Below are positions 39,005 to 50,603 of a DNA stretch of 64,000 nt, piece by piece. The stretch's first letter is position 1. Every line of letters begins with the position of its first letter. The notes beneath the pieces are model-generated. The model ran no database searches. It saw only the letters and a program-made list of their open reading frames with translations, and was not told the DNA's origin. The stretch is taken from the NCBI GenBank assembly GCA_012295275.1, contig CM022672.1, positions 5,580,001 to 5,644,000 of the forward strand, in the 5' to 3' direction. This stretch comes from Chrysomallon squamiferum (taxonomy: Eukaryota > Animalia > Mollusca). Made by a program: the position numbers and the translations under genes.

Positions 39005-39607
39005 TTATTATTATTATTTTATTTACTGGGTAAAAGTTAGATATTTTAATACATATTTCCCTAAATATTTATTTTATAATCACTGATTCAGGCGTGCTTA
39101 TGGGAACTGCATTGGAGGGGACAGATAAAACGATTACGTGAACCCAGTTTTCATAAACAATTCCTATTTGTGAATATAACCAGCAACATAGTTTTAATGT
39201 CTATGCAAATATCCGGTAGGGAAACGGGTTTGTTCCCATCTCAAAATACGCCATTGTACTTTGAAGGTTGGAACGCATTCATTTTAAAACAGTATATATG
39301 CTAAAAACGTCTTTCATCAAATGCTTGTTCTAAATAATAATAAAACTCCCGCGGCTCAATAAACACCATGTTAAAGTGCTGTGTCGTAAAGACTGACTGT
39401 GTAACACTATAATCCTATCGAAGTATATAAAATAGATTGCATATTTGCTTTATAAGATGTGATTCAAAATATTTCGACACACATTTGAAAAACCCGGGGT
39501 TACATTTGATCGTCTCAGTGAAACAACACGATTCAAGAAAGCTGTTGATATAGCACGCGAAGATTTGAAGCGAACTGTTCGAGCAGCATTCTGTGTTTGT
39601 CAAAAAT

Positions 39608-39639
39608 CGTCTGCTGTGACGTCACACAAAACGTCTGCT
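39608..39639. promoter_or_regulatory. Full CRE palindrome flanked by two CGTCTGCT motifs
   Basis: cgtctgcTGTGACGTCACAcaaaacgtctgct. Confidence 0.4.
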
Positions 39640-41042
39640 CTCGGTTGATATAAAACAGGTATATTCCAACATGTGTTGTTACTTGACAATGCCGTTCTCG
39701 TCCCTACGCCCCTTTTAGTCAACTTCACAGAAACAATCATTTACAGTCTTAAATATGTTCTTTCTTCCTTTAAAATAATTGTATTGTTCACAGAAGCTAC
39801 TTATCAATAGCAAAATCGGAGTTACACTCAATTATGTTTATAACATTCGTTGTCACCCAGAATAATTTATTAAGCAATAGTGACTAATCTTAAATATAAG
39901 ACTAATTTCCTCTAGAAACTTTAGGTGCATCTAGTTATACGTTGCTTAGTAATGCCTATAAGTAAATATTTATTTTACTGAGTATAATATTCTGTATTTG
40001 TTTTATGACAGTAAAAATATTTCTTTCTTTCTTTATTATTTCAGATATGTTTCGCGTTTGTTTGTTGCTGTTTTTATTTTGTTTTATTATTTGTTGTTGT
40101 TGTTGTTTATTTATTTAAACTTATTTATTCACCTCATTTTCTGATTATATTCAGTTAACTTCTTGGCATATTTTCCAAAATTTTAAAATAATATCTAATT
40201 TGAGTTGCAATCCACGCGGCGGCATTATGATACGACGTTCAAGATGATTTGAAAAGAAATAACAATAGAATAAAAAGTTGAAGATATTTGTTGTTAACGG
40301 CAATTCGTTCACATTCCGCAAGAAGAGAGAGACTCAGAGTCCAAACCGTTTCTTGGTAGCATAGCAAAGAGTAAATAATTCACAAACACAGCATTCAAAA
40401 GAGACATATGGTTTGCAGACTGGCCAAAATATCTCACTAAATGTTTAGTCTCACTACAGACATTTGTCTGAATTTTCAGTTTGGCTTGAACTGACAACGT
40501 TCATAATCAGGGGCGGGTCTAAGGTTTCAGTGTAAATTTGACTATGAAATCTGTTTGTAAAGACACTTTCGGAATACACTCTCAAGAATTCGCGCCTTAT
40601 AATCATAGTAATATTGATAAAAAAAAAAATCGAATTTTTTAGATACTGAAATACATTATCCCAATCTCCATGTTGAATGATGCGTTTTTCGTAGTGAATT
40701 TAAGTATTTATTGTTATTATTATTATTAGTAGTAGTAGTGGTAGTAGTAGTAGTTGTATTAGTATTAGTATTAGTATTAGTATTATCTCCCACCTTCTTT
40801 TAATATTCACTTATATTTACATACAGCGAAAGTCCACACAGCATTCGTTGGATTCATGGACAATTAATGAGTCGTTTTAATTGACCTTTTAACTTAATTA
40901 ACTGTCATCTCATTTAAATTATTTTATCTGAATAATCGTCTCGCGTTATTTTTCTCTCTTAATTTATTTCTCGTTTAATTTCCTGTCAGGATTAAAATCT
41001 AGTTTTGTTTTTTAAATTTCACTTTATAATTTCTTTATTTAC

Positions 41043-41096
<54 letters not shown>

Positions 41097-41331
41097 TCTT
41101 TATTGGTAGCAGTAGTATTAACGCGATACACCATCAGATACCATTCCATAACTAGAAAAACGTTTATTATCAAAAATGCTGTAATATAAAAACAGAGAGG
41201 AAATAAAAAGAGAAAAAACAGGTTGCAACGTGGCAAACCGTTGCTTACTATTTTTCTTTAAATAAACCTTGATAATGTGGACGCCGTTGTCAGAATTCTG
41301 TAAATAAATTTGTGTCATCTAAATTTTACAA

Positions 41332-41590
41332 GGATTGATCGAGCGACCTAAATATTTTCGGGTGGGCTATTTCCCGTTCCAAGCAGTACTCAAAACTGTT
41401 ATATCACAAGATGTGACAGGAGCATACCAAGGGCAAATATTTTTGGATATGTGCTTTTAAACTATATTCTGCTGTTTAATGAATACAGTAATTTGTACCT
41501 TGGGTTTCTTGTCTCAGATGTCGTAATTTTATCAGTTTAAGACCATTACCCGTTAATTTAAAATTGTTGTTTGCATAATTAAATAATTAA
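41332..41590 (+). mobile_element. Degenerate tRNA-derived SINE (conserved central domain plus tail)
   Basis: 'tgggctatttcccgttccaagcagtactcaaaactg' resembles the central core of mollusc SINEs (from memory); related fragments at 435, 16332 and 56059. Confidence 0.5.
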
Positions 41591-42374
41591 TAGTATTCGT
41601 TCAATTATCCACTCGTTCGTTCATTCGTATTTTCATCGCACCAAAATCCTGAAAATTTCTTATTTATATTTTATTTCATTTACATTTACATTTATGTTTT
41701 TGTTTATGTGTATTTATTTATTTTTCTGGTATGAATTAAATTTTACAACCAGTTTATTAAGTAAATTTTTTAACACAGGACATCCTGTTTCGCCAGCTTA
41801 AACAATCCAACTCCTTTTTCTTACATTAATCGGTGACGTGGCTCGAATAATCAAGACTTACTGAAATTAAGTGATAACAGCAATCCAACGTTTTATTTTA
41901 TTGTTATTTATATATATCTGAAAAAAAAATGAAAAAAAAAAGGAGAAAAAACAGCAATATTTTTAAAATATTATTTTCTTTTTCTTTTCAGCTAAATCTA
42001 ATAAAACTAATTAGAATTTTTAAATGTATTTTTACAGGGCTGAACAAAAACCTAATTTTTATTTGAACGTGAACCAAGTCTAACACCAGCGATGAATCAC
42101 GATCATGTGATGGGATTGCCGCTATTTTTAGCTTGTCGCTTCTGCTTGTGTTATGTATGCGAGAGTTTCAACAAAACGCGTTGTTGACTGGGTTGGGCAG
42201 ACATCGTCAAGAAAGGACAAACAAATACACGTTACACAGTTCCATTTACCGTTGTCGTTGTAGTTGTTGTCACCTCTTCTCATCTGTTAACATATTATAA
42301 GGTACGGAAATTAAATAATAACGAAAATAAATAAAACAACTGACAAAAATATGAAATATTAATAACAATAATAA

Positions 42375-42417
<43 letters not shown>

Positions 42418-42542
42418 ATGTTTGATTTCATAGATGTACCATAAACCTAAAATAATAATGAGATGAATTTATAACAAACATTTTATTTAAACATTATTAA
42501 ATTATGTAAATAGATCTTATTAAATATGCTATTGTAACTTTT

Positions 42543-42623
<81 letters not shown>

Positions 42624-44099
42624 GTGAATATTTCAACCGTGTTTTATAGAGATATTTAAAATAACACATAATTCAGCTTTAATGTTTTTATATAATATAA
42701 TTTAATACAATCAGCCGAAGATTAAGATTAGGAATGTATTCAGCATAGCATTATAGGTTATCTTAAATGGAATTATCTAGAACACTAGATAATATATTAA
42801 TGCAAATGTAACAAAAGACAGAATGAATAGATTTATGACTGTTTTGCATATAGATCAACTTCGATCGCCATTCACGCAAAATGTTCTTGAAAAATATTAC
42901 ATATGTATGTGCATTTTTCCATTAAAATATTGTATGGTCCATTTATAAATATATGTGACTATAATCATGTCTGTATGTGTATGTGGTGTACGTGGGTGCG
43001 ATTGTGTCAGCGCGAGTCCGTGGATGTACGTGCATGTGCGTTCGTGTGTAAATGTGTGTGACAGAGAGAATCACTATCAGACGTAATAATATGTTATTAT
43101 ATGCAATATTCTACAGTATTTGCTTCATATTTACACATGTAAATTTATAATATCATGAATAAATTTTGTAATTTCTTCTATGTTAATTAGTAGCTTCCTA
43201 CCAACATAAGTGTTGTCATGCACTTGGAATAAAAATTATTAACGTAACCAAATGACATCCTAGGAAGATCATTTGCAGACGTCTGCGATTCAACAAACAT
43301 GAAATTCACATTTTGGTAACTTCAAAATATTTAATATTTTCTTTGATCATTGTGAAAACAATAATTTGGCGAAACTGCTAGATGCAGCTCAGGGATCGAA
43401 ATGGGTAAAATATGAATATTTTATCTTAAACATCACCACAATGTTCTTTAACATATCAGATATTTTATAAGTACATGTGTGTGCTGTGTACGTGCACACA
43501 AGTGTATTTTTGTCTTTACGTACGTTATACAAATATTTATCCCAGAATATGTGCTTTTATCGTTTTTGTTTAGTGTGTGCGCACGTATGTATGTTTTTGT
43601 ATATTTTATTGATTACCTGCAGCAAGTTTTGTTTTGTTGTATTTTCACAGGCTAATGAAGCAAGAATTTTAAAAATTAATTTTATTCCGTTTCAAAAGTC
43701 TATGGACCTGATAAAATATGAATGCTTAAGGGATTTTTTATTATTTTTTTAAAATTTATTTATATATATTTTTAAAGTTTTTAAATACTATATGATTTTA
43801 TTCAAATATCAGTGTTATTTTTCTTTCTTTTTCTTTTTTATTGTTTTCTTTTGATCAAAGAAAAATATGTTTACCAATAGTATTTTGTGTCCACAGGCAT
43901 AATAGTGTTATATATAATATTATATAGGCTTGTTCCATTTATAAAACAATCCTTAACTGTTTTTATAAAACTTGCCCATATTTTCGTAAAATAGATCGTA
44001 AAGGGTTATGATAGGCGTTTAAAGTATTAATGAATGTGTGAAGTAACTTTTTAGTGGATTATTGTTACTGAAACTGACAGAATATACATTCAGCCATCC

Positions 44100-44590
44100 T
44101 GTTCACTTGCGTACGCTATGGCTGAACGTATGGTTTCATGGTGTGGTATAGCCGTGTAGTGATTGGCTGAATTGTGGTCCCGTGATCGCTAAACGCATTC
44201 CACCTGCAGTGTTGCCGAGAAGAAAGGACCGTACTACCATGCTCTGCTAATGTTCGTTCTTTGTTCAGTCTTCAGCACTTTGTTCCACAATTTGGATTAC
44301 CAAAAACATCTTAATATCTTTATATGTGAGTATGAGGCATATATAATATTGCAAACGCCCATATCGACGCATCCATAACCAAAATGACCTTGTATCGAGC
44401 GAGTTTTGTTGGAGCTTGAAATGGCGGCAAAAGTGAAACTGGGACACATACATTGTTTACGTTCGTTTGGCAGCATGTGATACAGATATTGCAATAGTAT
44501 TAGAAATTCGATAAACGGAAGTTACTGAGTCTTCATATTTTATTTTTTGCCCATTTGAAATGTGTTCCGATGGATTATGCGTCACATGGT
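44100..44590 (+). promoter_or_regulatory. Probable promoter and non-coding first exon of the Ski-like gene
   Basis: CpG-rich patch just before a CpG-depleted gene body; reverse CCAAT (ATTGG 44162), YY1-type GAAATGGCGGC (44418-44428), ETS ACGGAAGT (~44515), TGCGTCA (~44578). Confidence 0.55.
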
Positions 44591-47000
44591 TAATTTATTT
44601 TCTTTATAAATTTATAAGTTGGATTGGTTTCTAACAATAGAGCCGAAAAATAATTAGGCCAAGTTTTCACAAGAAACTGGTAACGAGTAATTAAATTCTG
44701 GAAAGTAATTAGTCTTAGGATAATACTTCTTTCCGACTTGATGTATCCATGATCATTTAATTACTGTAAACCTTTTTGTATAATTTATGGTTCTCATTCA
44801 AGACAGGACCGCTAGCCTACATCATTACGTGTGTTGGTTTTGGTAGCATAATAACATTGTTACGATTATGAATGATAATTGGTCCATCCTAATGCAGAGT
44901 TCGTTCAGTAAATAACTATTGGTACACGATTTTTAATGATTGATTTATTATCAGTAGATATATATATATATATTATAACTAATATAAGCTAAACTGATTA
45001 TGAGTTTAAATACTGAATATATATATAAACATGTTGAGGTTGGTAATTGAGAATTTGAGTGCGTCGTCTGCTATGACTTGAGTGTTACAAAGTATAAAAA
45101 TGTGTTTTTAAAACGTTCATTTGGCGATGAAAACAGATTTTTTTTTTTAATGAGTACAAACAATATTTCTTTAATTATGTATTTATTTACTTCTTATTTT
45201 TTTTAACATTTAAGATGGGTGCAATTTACTTCAAGAAATTTTATACTTTAAATATTGATATGTAAAAACAAAAATGTATAAATGGTGGACACTTTTCAGT
45301 TTTATTTTATTAAATGTTCATTTTTATTCCTTTTTTATTTTTAAAGTTTTAAAATTTATTATTATTTTTTATTTTTAAAGTTTTGTTTATTTTAATGGTA
45401 TTGGTACAGTATGGTAATAAATACACTTTGAAAGAAAATAGAAATTCTTTAAAAAACTGACTTTTGATCTAAGATTATTAAAACTATAGACATGAAAACA
45501 ACTGTTTCATAAACAGACTGTTTTTTTTAAAATATGTTAAAGCTGGCATTTCTCATACAGTCATAGCAATTTTTTTATTTTTTGTCAGGTATTCAGCAGC
45601 AACATAGTTAAAAATATTACACAATATGACAATTAATTTTGTTAGATTTTATTTTATTTTACTTACTATTTTTCTGATGTGAGAATTCAAATAATTTTCA
45701 AATAAAATAAATAATACATTAGTTATTAATTATAGTAGCCTAGTAATTATTGAGATTACTGAGGTACATCTGCTTCTGGTGTAATTATACATTTCATTTT
45801 GTCATTAGCTTAAAAATACATTACTATACCACCAGTAACTAACAAAGCTTTTACTAACTGATCATTAAGACATGTTATAAAATCAATACAAGATTCAAAT
45901 ACACACAAGCTGGCTATATAGTTTCACTGGGTTGACTATTAAGAGAACATTATCACTAGTTTTTAGCAGGAATTCATTATATATTTTTAGTATTTTAGTA
46001 TTCTGCTCTGATAAAGCTACAGAGGAGAAGTTTGTTTACTCTTTAGTTGACCTCTCCTCTTGCTATATCGAGAGATCTTTGTATGTTGGTTCAGCCTTGC
46101 TGAGTTTGTCTGAACCTGGTTCTCCTTTAACAAATAGCCTGTATAGCATGTCTAGTGACATTTTGAAGGAAAAAGGAACTAACTTCTTGACCTAAATAGA
46201 TAACAATAGTACCTGGAGCTAAAGATAATAAAGTGTACTATTTGAAATGCTACTAAGATATTAATGATATCTGTCTTGTTTTAAATGCTTTTGTTCTTAT
46301 ATAATATTGATTCCTATATCAAATTAATTCCATATATTCCTTTTAGATCAGTTTAAATGCTAGTAATTAAGTTCATTAACAAAAACAAAAAAAACCTATA
46401 AGATTTCTTTAATAAATAAACATTACAGATTTTATTTGCATTACTTTGTAGGATTTTTAATTTTTTTATATTATTTTTATCAATAATTCTTGGTGGAAAA
46501 ATTGTTGTAATGTACTCTGAAACACATTGTTTCTATGTAATTCTTGTTGCATGACACTGCAGTTCTATTAAAACTATAGGTTTTTTTTATGAATTAAGTA
46601 ACAGGATGGAGATTAATATTATTCATTTGCTGGCAAGAAGCCAGCAATTTATATTCTACTATCTATTAGCATTCATGATTAATATATGTTTTTAATAACA
46701 GAAAAAATAATAAGACAATTATAATATACCAGACTTGTTGGTATTAACCTTTGATTATTTTACATAATAGATATGTCTAAATGATAATGAAAAAACAAGA
46801 TCACTGAATGTTCAAGAGTGAACTCTCTCTATCCCCCCATCCCCCCCACACACAAATATACATGTATAAATATAAAAACACCTACAAATAACTTAATTAT
46901 TTAATAATTTCTGTTTATGAACTATTGAGTAAAAATATTTCCAGTTAGACCATCCTTAACTTGAACGTGTCTGATTTTATTTTTAGGTAACATTTCATTA

Positions 47001-47114
47001 ATGACCCAAATGATCCCCATGCCGTGTATAAAGAATGGTAGAGAAATGTGCTATGGATTTCAACCCTCTGGATCTCCTTGCCACAGCAGCAGTGTTACAG
47101 CGGGACGATCCTGA
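47001..47114 (+). other. Upstream ORF (37 aa, three in-frame ATGs) overlapping the Ski-like start codon out of frame
   Basis: ATGs at 47001, 47010 and 47019 lie within the same exon; TGA at 47112-47114. Confidence 0.55.
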
Positions 47115-50100
47115 GTCACAGTCGGAAGAAAACAATTCACAGGACAGTCTCAATTCACCCAGTGAAGATGACGAAGATACCACAGAAGATGAAAACTCTG
47201 AATCTATCAAAATGGGATCAGTGAAACATGTTCCAAATTGTGTTCAAAAACAGCATTCTTGCAATTTGGATACAATGCTGACTCAGGACGAAACTGAACT
47301 TGATAATCAATTAGTGGTTAAAAAAGACATAGTTGAAGGAAATAATTTGAATAAAATAAGCTCCTTGTGTGACAGTGATATTTCGTCTTGTATAATAAAT
47401 AAAGTTAATGAACAACAAAAAGATATCAAATCATTTAGCATCCAGGAATCAGACCTTCAGAAACTAAAGCAGTTAGAAAAAAATTGTAGCTCAAATATTG
47501 ATTGTGACGAAACGTCAGTTTCAGAGAGGCTGCTGGGCAACATGTCCCCTCCTCAGACTACTTTGGATTTGGCATCTGAGAAAGCAAGTCAGGAGAGGGA
47601 ATCATCAGTAGAAAGAGCAGAGCTTGAAGACAAAACAGAAGAGAATTATTGCACTGAGTGTAGAAAAAATCAATCAAGACTTGATCACACAGAAAAATAT
47701 GATAATGGTTCTAGCAGGTGTATCTTGTGTCATGCCATTAACAGAGCTGAATGTGACAACAGCAGTGATGTTTCCGATTCTAAAAACAGTGTTCAGGATG
47801 GGTGTGATAAACAAAGCAAACTGAGTTTGGATAAAACAGAATGTGATATGGTTGATGACAGAGTTTGTGCTGAAAGTACCAGAAGCATTGGACAAGATTC
47901 TGGCTTTCTTTCAGATGACCCTGTGTCAGCTGTGTCAGATGACATAAACAATGGATCATCAGAAATGATTGCTTCATATGTAAATGACAATAAAGTGTGT
48001 GATAAAAATACTGAAATTAATGATTCAGATTTTGCTAATTCCATCAAATTTGATCACTGTTATGCTTCTGTACTGGGCAGGAATGCTTGTCACAGTGGTG
48101 ACTTTTCAGAAGACACATGTAGCATTGATGGAGGAGATTCTGATTCATGCACTGAAGATGTTGAACATCGATCAGGGAATATGTCAGTTGAAGGCAGCTG
48201 CTTTCAGTGTACTTTTTCTAACACATCTTTGGTACGTCCCCAAAAGGCAATGGAGATGAACGAGAGTTCTCTGTCAAATGATAGAGGCATAGCTAGTGAC
48301 CAGTCACTGTTGTCACCATCATCTGTTGACTCATTGTCACGAGATTCATGTACATCTGACATGGGTCCATCATCATTAAAAACACTTTCTTTTACAGTGC
48401 CAAATGCCTCAAATTCTCCTGACATAGATAAAGGAGATAATTCTAACAATAGTTCTGATTCATTTTCAAGTGGCATTAAAAGTCAGGATGAATTACTTTA
48501 CCCAAAAGTGGGGAAATTTAAGATTGGAACATTTGCATCAATTAGTGGAATTGGAATTGACAAAGATGTTCCAGGTGACCAGTCAAAAGGTTCCAATGAT
48601 TGTGGTTCTTACTTTGACAAGGGAGATATCAGTTCACCAACTTCAGGATCTCCTGGACTACTCACATTTCTTCAGTCTCCATGTGCAGACTGGGATAGAT
48701 CAGATGCTGGGTCAGAGATTCAAGAGGATCATGATTTATCATTGGAGACTCTTCTTCGAAGAAAAGGTGTAAATTGTACACCACCTGAACCACATTCAGT
48801 GTATCATGATCATGACTATTGCCTCAGGGGTGGGGTCTTTATTACAGGGCCACCAGTTACAAAGTACTCAAAAGTTGAAAACAAGAAGTATTCTAGTTGG
48901 TCAAAAACAAAGGTACATCAGAAAGAAAGACGAGTACGAGGTAAATACAATGTTAAAGGGTCCAAGCGAATGAAGACAGATTCGTTAGTTTCTGATTCAG
49001 AATCACTTTGCACAATAATGGATTTTAAAAGACCTGATAATCTAGAAATGCCGGTAGATAAGAATAATTCATACTTGAGACCTAAAAGGAAATATGAAAA
49101 ATTTCAAGATGATTTAGAGCTGGATGCATCTAAAATGAAAATTACTGGTAAATATCAAGACCAGTATGTATATTATCTTTCGAAAAGCTCAAGAAGCACA
49201 CGCAGAACAAGTCGTGAACTTTCATTACCATCTCCTGCAGACAAAATTATTTTGCCAGCTCCAAAACCTGGTGATATCATTGTTCCTCACCTAACTGATG
49301 CTGACATTGAAGCTATCAAATTGAGAGGCAAGTCTGGCTTATCTATCAGTGAGAAATATTATGGTGGTACCTCGACATTGCCCAGCATGGGTTTGTCAAC
49401 AAACACAGCTCCTGTGGATAGCATTGCTGACTTTGACAGTAAAATTATCAGCACAATCTTAAGTATGGAGAATGATAATCTAGCATCAGAGTCAGTTGAA
49501 GAAGATGGTAATGAACATCCTATTGATCTTTATTCAAATGGTGATTCTGTTGGCATAAATTTTATGGGGGAAACAATGCCTTTAACATCTGATCAGGTAG
49601 ACTTGTTGTTGAATGCTATGGAAGATGTGGAGAAGACAGGGTTTTTAGATAGTACAAAACTTGTTTTGGACAGTAATCAGAACTACAATCCATCAGTTAA
49701 AACATCACTAAATCAAGACATTGATAACATGTCCAGTGAACACTGGAATATGAATATGAAGAATACACAGTTTGTGAATACAACTTCTAATCATTCAGTG
49801 TCGGCAAATGAATCTAATAGTGAAAGTAAATTGGATGTATCATCTGAAGGAAAGGATAAGGTTTCAGACGCATCTGCAGTTGTACCTGAAATAGTAAACA
49901 CTGGCGGTAGTTCCAGGCCAATTACTGATCCAAGCCAGAGTCCTGTAAAGGCTCTTCTTGATGCAGATCTCAGTAACATCACACCTCCATCATTTGGTAC
50001 AGCTTTGCCTGAAATATCATTACCAGTTCTGGAAAAGCCTTTTGATTTCATGAGTGGTGACTTCAAACTGGACAAATCTGATTTATTCCCAGATGCAACA

Positions 50101-50603
50101 GTAGCAGACAACCCTGTAACACCTTGTCCTGTTAACACTTCAATTTCAGACTACAATACGCCATGGATTGTCACTGTAACGATGTTCTGGAATGATCTGC
50201 CAGCCATTATGATTGACAATGTTCCATATGTTCGCCTGGTTGACATTCATAAACAAATTTTGCCAGCAAAAGATACGGGTATTCTTAAGAAGCGATGCCA
50301 GCTTATTGGTATTAAAGTGCTGAATTGTGCAGAAATGCAGCGCTATTTCTTGGTTCAGTATGGGCGAGCATACAATTCAAAGAGTACCCTTATTATATCA
50401 AAGGATGATGCAAAAGATCTCATTGGATATTATGTCAATCCTCAACCACGTCTGCCCAGGTCAGACGATTCAGTAATGAAAAGAGAGTTTATTGTAAGAG
50501 ACAGTGAATCTCCACAGAGCCCTGAACCTTGTTCAACCAAATCTGCAGCTAAGAAAAGAGTTCGACCAAGATCTTTCTCTGGTGGCAAGGCTACAGCACC
50601 AAG
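47035..50603 (+). CDS. Ski-like gene coding exon 1 (3.6 kb): disordered N-terminus plus DHD/Ski_Sno-like domain
   Basis: 1228-aa ORF truncated at donor 50604; 'LIISKDDAKDLIGYY' resembles Ski 'LITKTDAERLCNAL'. Confidence 0.9.
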
